Below, piece after piece: positions 39,009 to 47,699 of a stretch of DNA of 54,914 nucleotides; the stretch's first letter is position 1; each line of letters starts with the position of its first letter. The DNA is from an uncultured Gammaproteobacteria bacterium (lineage in GTDB: Bacteria; Patescibacteriota; Patescibacteriia; Magasanikbacterales; GWA2-37-8): NCBI GenBank assembly GCA_964531745.1, contig CAZHFX010000001.1:1-54914 (forward strand), in the 5' to 3' direction. A program made the position numbers and the translations under genes. The notes under the pieces are model-generated. The model was not told where the DNA came from, did not search any database, and saw nothing but the letters and a program-made list of their open reading frames with translations.

Positions 39009-41381
39009 TTACAATTTCACGCTGTGGCCGCCGAATTGCTGGCGCAGAGCAGAAATTATTTTACCGGTATAATCGGGTTTCTTTCGGGAAACTTCTCTGA
39101 ATCGCAAAGCTCCGGCGATGATTTTATCGGTTACTTTCAACTCCGCGGCCGTTTTGACTGTCCACGCGCCCTCGCCTGTGCCACTCACCTGTCCGGAAAT
39201 GACGCGTAAATTTGCTCCATATAATTCAAAGGCTTTTTTAAGCCACGCGATCAGGCGCGATTCAATAACACTGCCGTGGTTATAAATACTTGCCACCTCA
39301 GCCAGATTCAGCTTAAACGCTGATTTTTTAAGAATACTAAAACCTTCGGCTATCGCCTGCAATATACCATATTCAATGCCATTGTGAATCATTTTGACGA
39401 AATGGCCGGCGCCCGCTCCCGGAAAAAATTGGTATCCGCCCGGCACGGCTAAATCATCAAATAAAACTTCAAGTTTTCTAAATATCTTCTTTTCGCCTCC
39501 GATCATCAGACACGCGCCGTTGCGCGCGCCGGACGGACCGCCCGACGTCCCGCAATCAAGCAAATGAATTCCCTGTTTGGCTAATTTTTGAGCTCGCCTG
39601 ATAGTGTCTTTGAAATAAGAATTGCCTCCGTCAATTATAATGTCGCCGCGTTTCATTTTTTTAGCAACGCCGTCAGGCCCGAACAGCGTTTCATCCACCG
39701 CCTTGCCGGCGGGCAACATGAGCCAAATAATTTTTTGTTGGGGCAATTTATCAATTAATTCAGCCAGACTAAAAGCGCCGTTTGGGCCTTCTTTTGCGAG
39801 CTCTTTGACGCTTTCGGGCGAACGATCATAGATCGCCGCCTTCCACCCCTCTTCGTTAAGATGGCGCGCCAAATTGGCGCCCATTTTCCCCAGTCCGATG
39901 ATGCCGATTGTTTTAGCAATAAACGGCTGGCCGGAAACTTCCAAAACTCGCTCGGCAATATCGGCCGAGTCAGGCGCGTAGCTTAAAAGCGGCGAGGCGT
40001 TCTTCTGCCAGGCCCGGCTGATGGGATCAATAAATTTCCACATGGCGTCAATTTCAGAGGTGCTGACAAAAAGCGTCTGATCGCCTTTGATACAGTCAAA
40101 TAACAATTTCGCGTACTGCTCAACATATTGCGCCTGCTCCTTACTTTCCCTAAGCATAAAATTAAAAGAGCGCTCTTCCAGCGCGAGCTCTAGCCCCGGT
40201 TTTTTGGCGCGGAAAGTAATTAAAATTTTCTCTTCCGGCTCGAGGCTGATAATAACCTGGTTGTTAAAATGCCGGCCGCCGGGCGGGCAGAGGCAGGGGT
40301 GTGGATGGTTGAAGGTAATTACCGCTTCTTTGCGTTGTTCCCCCAACCTTTTGCCGCTCTCTAAAAAAATCTTCACCCCGCGCCAGCGCTCTCCCGCCAG
40401 TTTGGCCTCAACTCTAAAAAATGTTTCCGTGGTGGACATCGGGTTCACCTCCGGAATAGCTGTGTAGCCGGCATACTGGGCGCGCCGGGCGGTTTTTTTA
40501 ATATCCGCGAACGTCGGCGCGGCCAGAGTACGCAAGACAGCGGCGCGTTTTTCACGGATGGCGGAAACGGAAAGGCTGGCAGGCGCGTCCATTGTTATTA
40601 AAGCCAGCATTTGCAACAAGTGATTCTGCCCGACATCGCGCAAAGCGCCGACGCCGTCATAAAACGCGCCGCGAGTTTCTACGCCGATTTTCTCGTATAA
40701 ACGCAAAACGATGGATTCAATAGAACGATTGGACCAATGATCCTCAAATAAATTATTGGCAAAACGAAAATTCATTATCTCTTCCAGCATTTCTTTGGCT
40801 AAATAGTGATCCAGACGATAAATTTGAATTTCTTTGAACAATCGGCCCAACGTGCGGTCAAGGTCTTGGGCAGTTTTAAAATCTTTGCCGAACGGCTTTT
40901 CAACAATCACTCTGGTCCAGCCTTCTTCCTGGCTGCAGGGCAGAGTCAGCTTGGCGGAGGAGAGATTTTCCAAAATAATTTTGTCGTGCTCGGGGGGAAC
41001 CGCCAGATAAAAAAGCTTATTTGCGCACGTTTTCCATTCCCCGTCAACCCGCCCAAGATGGCGGGCCAGCTCTTCATAGCGAGCGACGGCTTCAAAACGG
41101 CCGCGCCGGAACGCAAACAATTTTATGAAATTTTTCACTTCTTCAGTCGGCACGACCAGCCCGGCGTAACGCAAAATTATCCCGGCAATATGATCCTGAA
41201 ATTGTCCGGCGGAATAATCGCGGCGAGAAAAACCGATAATATGAAATAGAGCTGGTAATTTTTTCTGCCAATACAAATCAAACAAAGCCGGAACGATCTT
41301 TTTTTCCATCAGATCGCCGGTGGCGCCGAAAATCACTAAAATAGTGGGGAAATTAGCGTCAATGTTTTTCATGCCTTTCAT
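39009..41381 (-). CDS. Fusion protein: glucose-6-phosphate dehydrogenase + 6-phosphogluconate dehydrogenase (short Gnd type)
   Basis: N-part (about 1-485): FGATGDL, EKPFG, RLDHYLAKE. C-part: IGIIGLGKMGANL, DGGNSYF, GTSGGPSGARNG, HFVKMIHNGIEYG. One uninterrupted ORF of 790 aa. Confidence 0.85.
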   Translation of the reverse strand: MKGMKNIDANFPTILVIFGATGDLMEKKIVPALFDLYWQKKLPALFHIIGFSRRDYSAGQFQDHIAGIILRYAGLVVPTEEVKNFIKLFAFRRGRFEAVARYEELARHLGRVDGEWKTCANKLFYLAVPPEHDKIILENLSSAKLTLPCSQEEGWTRVIVEKPFGKDFKTAQDLDRTLGRLFKEIQIYRLDHYLAKEMLEEIMNFRFANNLFEDHWSNRSIESIVLRLYEKIGVETRGAFYDGVGALRDVGQNHLLQMLALITMDAPASLSVSAIREKRAAVLRTLAAPTFADIKKTARRAQYAGYTAIPEVNPMSTTETFFRVEAKLAGERWRGVKIFLESGKRLGEQRKEAVITFNHPHPCLCPPGGRHFNNQVIISLEPEEKILITFRAKKPGLELALEERSFNFMLRESKEQAQYVEQYAKLLFDCIKGDQTLFVSTSEIDAMWKFIDPISRAWQKNASPLLSYAPDSADIAERVLEVSGQPFIAKTIGIIGLGKMGANLARHLNEEGWKAAIYDRSPESVKELAKEGPNGAFSLAELIDKLPQQKIIWLMLPAGKAVDETLFGPDGVAKKMKRGDIIIDGGNSYFKDTIRRAQKLAKQGIHLLDCGTSGGPSGARNGACLMIGGEKKIFRKLEVLFDDLAVPGGYQFFPGAGAGHFVKMIHNGIEYGILQAIAEGFSILKKSAFKLNLAEVASIYNHGSVIESRLIAWLKKAFELYGANLRVISGQVSGTGEGAWTVKTAAELKVTDKIIAGALRFREVSRKKPDYTGKIISALRQQFGGHSVKL

Positions 41382-41488
41382 AATACCACAAATAACCAGA
41401 AAAAAGAAACGGCCGCTTGCCTTTTTCTTCTCTTTATAGTATACTAACTGATACTTAAAAACTCTTTTTCACTTTATGAATACCGCCC

Positions 41489-42060
41489 TCAAAGCGCGCC
41501 TGAAACAAAGCAAAAAAAATACGCTGGTCGGCCGCCGCCTAGCCCGCCAAACGAAGAAATACCGCAAGAACAACTACCACACCAAACCACGTTCGCTCTA
41601 AAAAATTTAGAAAATATGTCCTTCTGCTCCGTTTTCGGAATGCCGATACCGTTGTCCTGGCAAGAAAAATAATAATAATTGCGGTCGCTCTTCAAAACCC
41701 CCGCACTTTCCCCTGAATTTTCGGCGAATACCCCGCGGCGTTCACGATAACATTGGCACCACCCTTCGTTTTATTATGAATTTCATCAACAAACGATTTC
41801 TTGTCAACTTTAATAATATGCCACATGCGCTGATAAAATTCTTCTGGCATGTGGCCTCCCCACAAAACTGAAGGATTCTTCCCAATCACTTCCGACAAAG
41901 AAAAACCAGTATTCTCTTCCACCGCCTTATTGGCATACAAAATGTTGGCATTTTCATCTGTAATTATAATATGATCTTGCGAGGCCTCAAAAGCCGCGCT
42001 TATAATTTGCGCCTTTGACGAAAGTTTTGAAGCAATTTTCATAAGCATATAATATAGCAC
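41489..42060 (-). pseudogene. Remnant of a PAS-sensor histidine kinase (PAS domain ORF plus out-of-frame HATPase fragment)
   Basis: The 122-aa ORF is a PAS fold (IIITDENANILYANKAVEENTGFSLSEVIGKN...). The next ORF starts inside the ATPase G1 box (SCQDNGIGIPKTEQKDIFSKFFRAN). The HisKA/N-box region is missing and there is no clean G2 box. Confidence 0.5.
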
Positions 42061-42151
42061 GTTAATTAAATTTAAGGAAAAAATTATCCACAGAAAACTA
42101 ACAATTTTTGCCTTGTTTAAGCCATTTTATGGCCAAAATCAAAACAAACTC

Positions 42152-42180
42152 TTGACAAAAACGATAAATTATGCTATAAT
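42152..42180 (+). promoter_or_regulatory. Perfect consensus sigma-70 promoter TTGACA-17-TATAAT
   Basis: Read directly: TTGACAAAAACGATAAATTATGCTATAAT, 33 nt before ATG 42214. Confidence 0.7.
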
Positions 42181-42213
42181 TCCCTGTTTTTCAAGTATTT
42201 ATTCGGTTTCAAT

Positions 42214-43542
42214 ATGACAGCTAAAAAAATAACCGCTAAAATAATTGGTTCGTTATTTCTCGTTGGCGCCGCGGCAATGTTAACATTCCCCGCGGAAACG
42301 TTCGCCGCTACCGTCCGCAAATCCGCCGCCAAACTGCCGGCCGCCCATGTTGTCGCGCGTAAAACCGCAGTAAAAAAAATAATCAAACCGTCCCCGGTTC
42401 TGTCAGCAATTTTTTTGCCAACCGGCGCGATGGTTCGTCCGGCCATCACCTCCCCAATTACTGCCCCAACCGCCGTTCTAGGCGTAAAACAATATGCGCG
42501 GACAATCACTCATAACGAACCGATCGTATTGAGCGGTACGGACATTCTAGAAATTAAAAATACTCACTATATCCAAAATGGCGATATTACTTTGAAAGAC
42601 AACGCCAAGCTTATCATTACCAACTCATATTTTGAACAGCGCAATACCGGCGGCGTTGTCCCGCGTCTAGACGCCGGGCAATACGCTCAAGTCATTATCA
42701 AAAATTCCGAAGCCGGCTTCAGCCCATGGATCGTTTGGAAATTCGCCGACTATTCTGAACTTTACATCAACGCACTAAAAGTTGCCAAAAACGACGGCGA
42801 CGCCAACGTGTATCACGAAATCACCGGCAACGCCAAGGCGGTTATTAACAAAGCCTTGTTTACGGCGAGCGTAGCCAATCAAGCGGACGTCACTATTGAT
42901 AAATCGGCGCGGGTCGCCCTTAATTTAAGTTTAAGCGGCGGCGCTATTATTAACGAACAATTCCCCAAGAAAATCACCGCCTATAATTTCCCCGGCTATG
43001 ACGACCGCAACATCGGCTTAAAATTGAAAATCACGAACGCAGTCGCGCCGGAATGGGGTGTCACTATTTACCCGACCAGCAATGTCACTATCCACGATAC
43101 CGAAGGTCTTACTGTCGGCTTCTCCGTTGTTTATCCGTGGGTGGGCGCCACCGCCACCTTTGAAAATTTGCGCCCGGGGTATTATGTTGATGATAAATTC
43201 GGTTTTTCGCAGACGACGGCTCAATTTTGGGACCGCAATATGAAAATCCATCTAGTGAATACCGCGGTCAAAGCCTGGAGCCCGATGGTAGGCGACGAAA
43301 ACACGCTGGTCCTCAAAAACTCCGAAATTGCTGATTTGCCGTGGAGCTGGGGCAATGCCAAAATCATTTTAGAAAACTCTACCACTACTTTCGCGCGCGC
43401 GCGCCAAAACGTGGAGATCACCTCCAAAAACTCAACTATCACCGGCGACATCGCCGCTATTGAAAACGGCAAGATTAATCTCATCCGCACACGCGTTCTC
43501 GGCAAGAAAATTACTCAAGGCAAGGGACAGATTGTCCAGTAA
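42214..43542 (+). CDS. Secreted protein with beta-helix-like repeats (function unknown)
   Basis: Signal peptide ...PAETFA-AT, an A/P/K-rich linker, then recurring x-(I/V)-x-(I/L)-x-NS turns (IITNSYF, IIKNSEA, VLKNSEI, ILENSTT, TSKNSTI). Confidence 0.6.
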   Translation: MTAKKITAKIIGSLFLVGAAAMLTFPAETFAATVRKSAAKLPAAHVVARKTAVKKIIKPSPVLSAIFLPTGAMVRPAITSPITAPTAVLGVKQYARTITHNEPIVLSGTDILEIKNTHYIQNGDITLKDNAKLIITNSYFEQRNTGGVVPRLDAGQYAQVIIKNSEAGFSPWIVWKFADYSELYINALKVAKNDGDANVYHEITGNAKAVINKALFTASVANQADVTIDKSARVALNLSLSGGAIINEQFPKKITAYNFPGYDDRNIGLKLKITNAVAPEWGVTIYPTSNVTIHDTEGLTVGFSVVYPWVGATATFENLRPGYYVDDKFGFSQTTAQFWDRNMKIHLVNTAVKAWSPMVGDENTLVLKNSEIADLPWSWGNAKIILENSTTTFARARQNVEITSKNSTITGDIAAIENGKINLIRTRVLGKKITQGKGQIVQ

Positions 43543-43561
43543 AAAAACGCAAAAATTCTTC

Positions 43562-43600
43562 AATGAATTACCCTGCGCCAAGAGCGCAGGGTAATTCATT
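43562..43600 (+). terminator. 17-bp perfect hairpin after the beta-helix gene
   Basis: AATGAATTACCCTGCGC-CAAGA-GCGCAGGGTAATTCATT followed by TGGG. The U-tract is weak. Confidence 0.55.
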
Positions 43601-43782
43601 TGGGTATTCTCAATTCTCCCATCAAACTTTCAAACGTATTGCCACCCTCCATCTTTATTGATAAAATAAACACCGGCCATACCCTCTATGGCTATAGTCG
43701 TATTTCTTAAAAAGTTTTATCATACTTTAGCCAATTTTTCAACGAGTTAGCATAAAGGTAGTTAGCTGAAATTATTTCGCCT

Positions 43783-43971
43783 ATGATAATTAAAGACTTA
43801 CAAAATTGTGAAGAATTTATCGCTGGGGACAACACAATCCTTCGCGAACTTTTACATCCAGACAAATTAAATTTAAAACTTCGTTATAGTTTGGCACATG
43901 CAGTCGTGAAGCCATGTCTGACCTCTCAACTACACAAGTTAAAAACTTCGGAAGTTTATTACATACGTTAG
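43783..43971 (+). pseudogene. Truncated cupin-domain gene (N-terminal ~60 of ~110 aa)
   Basis: MIIKDLQNCEEFIAGDNTILRELLHPDK...HKLKTSEVYYI matches small cupins from memory. The ORF stops where homologues continue with the metal-binding beta-barrel. Confidence 0.5.
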
Positions 43972-43999
43972 ATTCTGGGATCAAACCAATATCAATTTT

Positions 44000-44464
44000 A
44001 TGAAATACAAACATACTCAAATTAGTTACCTGATGCTAGCTGTTACACTGGTCGTACTGGTACTTTTCGCCTGGGCTTATATTACAGCTCGGGCAGAACC
44101 TCCCTCGTACTACTCCGGCACAAATTTTGCCGTTACTGCCATAATGGCATTAATCATATTTATTCTTGCTTCCTTTGTGTCACTCCAAGTAATTATTGAT
44201 GAAAAATATTTACGAATTAAATTTGGCTACAGTATTTATAAAAAAGGGTTTTTACTTAATGATATAGTATCCGCTAAAACCGTAAGGAATCATTGGTATT
44301 ATGGATGGGGAATCAGGGTTTGGTTTTGGCCCAAGATGTGGATTTACAATGTTTCTGGTTTTGATGCAGTTGAAATAAAACTGAAAAATGGTAAAACGTA
44401 CAGAATAGGCACGGATGAACCTAAAAAATTAGAACAAATAATTTTTCATTTAATTAATCACTAG
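44000..44464 (+). CDS. Hypothetical membrane protein (2 TM plus small C-terminal beta domain)
   Basis: Two hydrophobic helices then a W/Y/K-rich globular part. The gene is markedly AT-rich (a sampled 60-nt line is about 27% GC). Confidence 0.5.
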   Translation: MKYKHTQISYLMLAVTLVVLVLFAWAYITARAEPPSYYSGTNFAVTAIMALIIFILASFVSLQVIIDEKYLRIKFGYSIYKKGFLLNDIVSAKTVRNHWYYGWGIRVWFWPKMWIYNVSGFDAVEIKLKNGKTYRIGTDEPKKLEQIIFHLINH

Positions 44465-44474
44465 CGCTGTTGCG

Positions 44475-45758
44475 CTAGAATCTCTTCGGGCCTCGGCGTG
44501 ATCGATCAAAACGCCCGCGGCCGCCATGCCCTTGACCCTGACCGCCGCGACGCGGGCCTGGACTATGAAATGGACTTTGCTCCCGGTTACCCATAGGCGA
44601 TGGGGGCGGCAGGCGGCGCGGCGGTAAAACCGGCAAAGCTTTAACGGGCAGAGTTTTACGAATCAAACGCTCAATGCTTTTGATATCTCCGCGCTGGTCG
44701 GGTGTCGCGAACGAAACCGCCCGGCCGGCATAACCGGCTCGGCCGGTGCGGCCAATGCGGTGCACATAATCTTCGGAATTATCCGGTAAATCATAATTCA
44801 CGACCAGTTCAATGCCGGTTACGTCAATACCGCGCGCGGCGATATCCGTCGCCACGAGAATGCGGTATTTCCCAGTTTTAAATCCATTCAGAGCTTCCCG
44901 CCGCTGGGCTAGCGAACGATTGGAATGGATTTCCGCCGCCGGATGCCCCATATGCCGAACCACGACCGCGATTTTCTTGGCGCCGTGTTTAGTACGAGAA
45001 AAAACCAGCACCGTTCCTTTATAATCGTTCAATAATTTTTCCAAAAGCTGTAACTTCAATTCTTTGCTCACCATAAAAATTTCCTGCTCTACCTTGGCAG
45101 CCGCCGTGCCGGATGGGGCTACTTCAATGCGCAAAGGCAAAGACAAATGCGCTCCAGCCATTTTCACCACCTCCGGCGGCATGGTCGCCGAAAAAAGCAT
45201 CGTTTGCCGACCCTCTTTCGGAATCAATTTCAAAATCCGATTAATTTGCGGAGCAAAACCGATATCAAACATACGGTCGGCTTCATCCAGCACCACAATT
45301 TTTATTTGGTTAAGCTTAATTGTCCCCTGCTCCAAATGGTCTACTAAACGCCCCGGGGTGGCGACAATCACATGCGGCTGGCGGCGGATAGCCTGAATTT
45401 GTTGATTCATTGAAGCGCCTCCAATGATCACGGCCGATTTAAAACCAATATTTCGCCCGACTTTTTGCAAAGTTTCCTCAACTTGAAGAGCCAGCTCGCG
45501 CGTCGGCACCAAAACCAAACCCTGACCGTGATAAATACCCAAACGCTGAATCATCGGCAAACCAAAAGCCAGCGTTTTTCCTGTTCCGGTTTGCGCTATG
45601 CCGACAATATCTTTGCCTTCCATAGCCACGGGAATAGACTGATGTTGAATTGGCGTGGGCGTAATGAGCTTCAATCGTGTCAGCGCTTCCAGCAGTTTGG
45701 GCGCTACCCCTAGAGTTTGAAAGCCTGAAACCGTTGTTTTTAATAGTTCCTGCGTCAT
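44475..45758 (-). CDS. DEAD-box RNA helicase with RG-rich tail
   Basis: AQTGTGKT, DEAD, SAT and HRIGRTGR. Start moved to ATG 45758 (MTQELL...). Confidence 0.9.
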   Translation of the reverse strand: MTQELLKTTVSGFQTLGVAPKLLEALTRLKLITPTPIQHQSIPVAMEGKDIVGIAQTGTGKTLAFGLPMIQRLGIYHGQGLVLVPTRELALQVEETLQKVGRNIGFKSAVIIGGASMNQQIQAIRRQPHVIVATPGRLVDHLEQGTIKLNQIKIVVLDEADRMFDIGFAPQINRILKLIPKEGRQTMLFSATMPPEVVKMAGAHLSLPLRIEVAPSGTAAAKVEQEIFMVSKELKLQLLEKLLNDYKGTVLVFSRTKHGAKKIAVVVRHMGHPAAEIHSNRSLAQRREALNGFKTGKYRILVATDIAARGIDVTGIELVVNYDLPDNSEDYVHRIGRTGRAGYAGRAVSFATPDQRGDIKSIERLIRKTLPVKALPVLPPRRLPPPSPMGNREQSPFHSPGPRRGGQGQGHGGRGRFDRSRRGPKRF

Positions 45759-45766
45759 ATGCCGGC

Positions 45767-45795
45767 ATACTACCACAATATAGCGCGCCTGTCCA
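45767..45795 (-). promoter_or_regulatory. Promoter TGGACA-17-TGgTAGTAT, -10 box ends 8 nt before the helicase ATG
   Basis: Minus-strand read TGGACAGGCGCGCTATATTGTGGTAGTAT GCCGGCAT ATG. Confidence 0.5.
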
Positions 45796-45802
45796 CCGCG
45801 CG

Positions 45803-45831
45803 TTGACAAAAAACACGTAAACGGACATACT
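45803..45831 (+). promoter_or_regulatory. Promoter TTGACA-17-CATACT for the efflux operon
   Basis: Read directly. It is followed by the 13-nt palindrome ACGAATAATTCGT at 45834-45846. Confidence 0.5.
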
Positions 45832-45918
45832 AGACGAATAATTCGTGTTTTCAATCAAAACAAACGCTTTCCGCGATTGTCTGCGTGCCGTTTTGGCCGA
45901 CAATTAATTTCTCTAACT

Positions 45919-47697
45919 ATGGCCTTTTTTCTAAGTATTTTCAAAAAGAAAAGCACTGTGATTATAACTGGCATTATTATTTTAGGGATTGGCTACGGAG
46001 CCTATCGTTCTTTGAGGCCGGCAGAATCGCCGCGGTATGTTGTCGCTACAGTCGCCAAAGGAACAATTGCCATAACTGTTGATGGGAGCGGACAAGTTTC
46101 ATCTTCAAACCAAGTGGATGTGAAACCCCGCGCTTCGGGCGATGTTTTTAAACTTCCCATCAAGGAAGGACAAACGGTTAAAGCCGGCGCGATCTTGGCT
46201 CAACTAGACGCGGAAAACGCCAATAAAACCGTGCGCGACGCCGAAATGAATTTAGAAAGCGCCCGGCTGTCTCTGCAAAAATTAACTCAACCGGCCGACC
46301 GGCTATCCGTTACTCAAGCGGAAAATGCGCTGGCCCAAGCCAAAGAAACAAAACAAACCGCTCAAGATGATTTGGTTAAAACCTATAACGACGGCTACAA
46401 CAGCGTCGCCAGCGCTTTCCTTGACCTGCCGGGAATCATGACCAGCTTGCGCAATATACTGCTCGGAACAAATTATTCTCCCAGCCAGTCAAACATTGAC
46501 TATTATGCCGATGCCGTCCGAAGCTACGATAGCGGAGTAACTCTTTATCATGACAACGCGTACAATGACTACCAAACGGCGCGCGTCGCTTATGATAAAA
46601 ATTTTAACGGCTATAAGACAATAAGCCGGTTTTCCGACCAAACGAAAATAGAAGCCGTGATCGCGGAAACATACGAAACGACGAGAAATATTGACGCGGC
46701 CGTCAAAAGCATTACCAATTTGATTCAATTCTACGAAGACCGGACCACCGAACATAATCAAAAACCCAGCGCCCTCGCTGATACTCATCTCACCGCTTTG
46801 AATAGCTATACCGACAAAGCCGATACCCACGTCGCCAGTCTTCTTTCCGCCAAACGAACCATTGAAACTGACCAACAAAGCATTATCGCCGCCGATCGAA
46901 CCATCACGGAAAAAACCCAATCACTGGAAAAGTTAAAATCGGGGGTAGACGCGCTTGATATACGGTCAGCGGAATTAAATGTGCGCCAGCGGGAAGCCGC
47001 TCTCGCTGATGCCAAATCCGCTCTCGCTGATTATGCCGTGCGCGCCCCTATCGCCGGGGTTATCGCCAAACTCTACGTCAAATTAGGCGACCAAGCAAGC
47101 GCTGCCTCGGCTCTTGCCACCCTCGTGGCGACGCAACAGATGGCGCAAATATCTTTCAATGAAGTTGACGCCGCTAAAATTAAAATCGGACAAAAAGCCG
47201 CCGTCACTTTTGACGCCATTGACGATTTGAAAATTACCGGCAAAGTGGCCGAAATTGATACCCTCGGCACGGTGGCGCAAGGGGTGGTTAGTTATAACGT
47301 AAAAATTATTTTTGACACGCAAGATGAACGCGTCAAATCGGGCATGAGCGTCAGCGCCGCGATTATCACTGATACAAAACCAGACACGCTTATGGCGCCG
47401 AACAGCGCCATAAAAACGCAAGATGGCGCTCACTACGTTGAAATGTTTGACGCCCCTCTCGCTAGAGGTAAAAATAACCGAAACGCGCCATCGGCCGTTC
47501 CGCCGAAGCGGCGTCTAGTCCAAATTGGCCTTACCAACGATACTGATACCGAGATTACCTCCGGTTTAAAGGAAGGCGACCAAATAGTGGTCCGAACTAT
47601 CCTGGCGGCATCTGCTAAAACCGCGCCGGCCGCGCCGAGCCTATTCCAAACTGGCGGCGGATCATTTCGCGGTGTGAGCGGCGGCAGCCGAAATTAG
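45919..47697 (+). CDS. HlyD/MacA-family periplasmic adaptor with very long helical hairpin
   Basis: N-terminal TM, a lipoyl/barrel-sandwich start (VATVAKGTIAITVDGSGQV), a long A/E/K/Q-rich helical middle and a beta-barrel end. Start taken at ATG 45919. Confidence 0.8.
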   Translation: MAFFLSIFKKKSTVIITGIIILGIGYGAYRSLRPAESPRYVVATVAKGTIAITVDGSGQVSSSNQVDVKPRASGDVFKLPIKEGQTVKAGAILAQLDAENANKTVRDAEMNLESARLSLQKLTQPADRLSVTQAENALAQAKETKQTAQDDLVKTYNDGYNSVASAFLDLPGIMTSLRNILLGTNYSPSQSNIDYYADAVRSYDSGVTLYHDNAYNDYQTARVAYDKNFNGYKTISRFSDQTKIEAVIAETYETTRNIDAAVKSITNLIQFYEDRTTEHNQKPSALADTHLTALNSYTDKADTHVASLLSAKRTIETDQQSIIAADRTITEKTQSLEKLKSGVDALDIRSAELNVRQREAALADAKSALADYAVRAPIAGVIAKLYVKLGDQASAASALATLVATQQMAQISFNEVDAAKIKIGQKAAVTFDAIDDLKITGKVAEIDTLGTVAQGVVSYNVKIIFDTQDERVKSGMSVSAAIITDTKPDTLMAPNSAIKTQDGAHYVEMFDAPLARGKNNRNAPSAVPPKRRLVQIGLTNDTDTEITSGLKEGDQIVVRTILAASAKTAPAAPSLFQTGGGSFRGVSGGSRN

Positions 47698-47699
47698 TT

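Noticed and set aside
42084-42092. A perfect DnaA box, TTATCCACA, in the spacer between the PAS remnant and the beta-helix promoter.
   Set aside because: It is a single copy, and a given 9-mer is expected about 0.4 times by chance on both strands of 55 kb. There is no cluster, no AT-rich unwinding element pattern and no dnaA/dnaN nearby.
42174-42509. A 111-aa minus-strand ORF overlapping the promoter and the first 300 nt of the beta-helix gene.
   Set aside because: It is antisense to the A/P/K-rich signal-linker region, which generates open antisense frames. It would begin inside the plus-strand coding sequence and run through the consensus -10 box, and it has no motifs.
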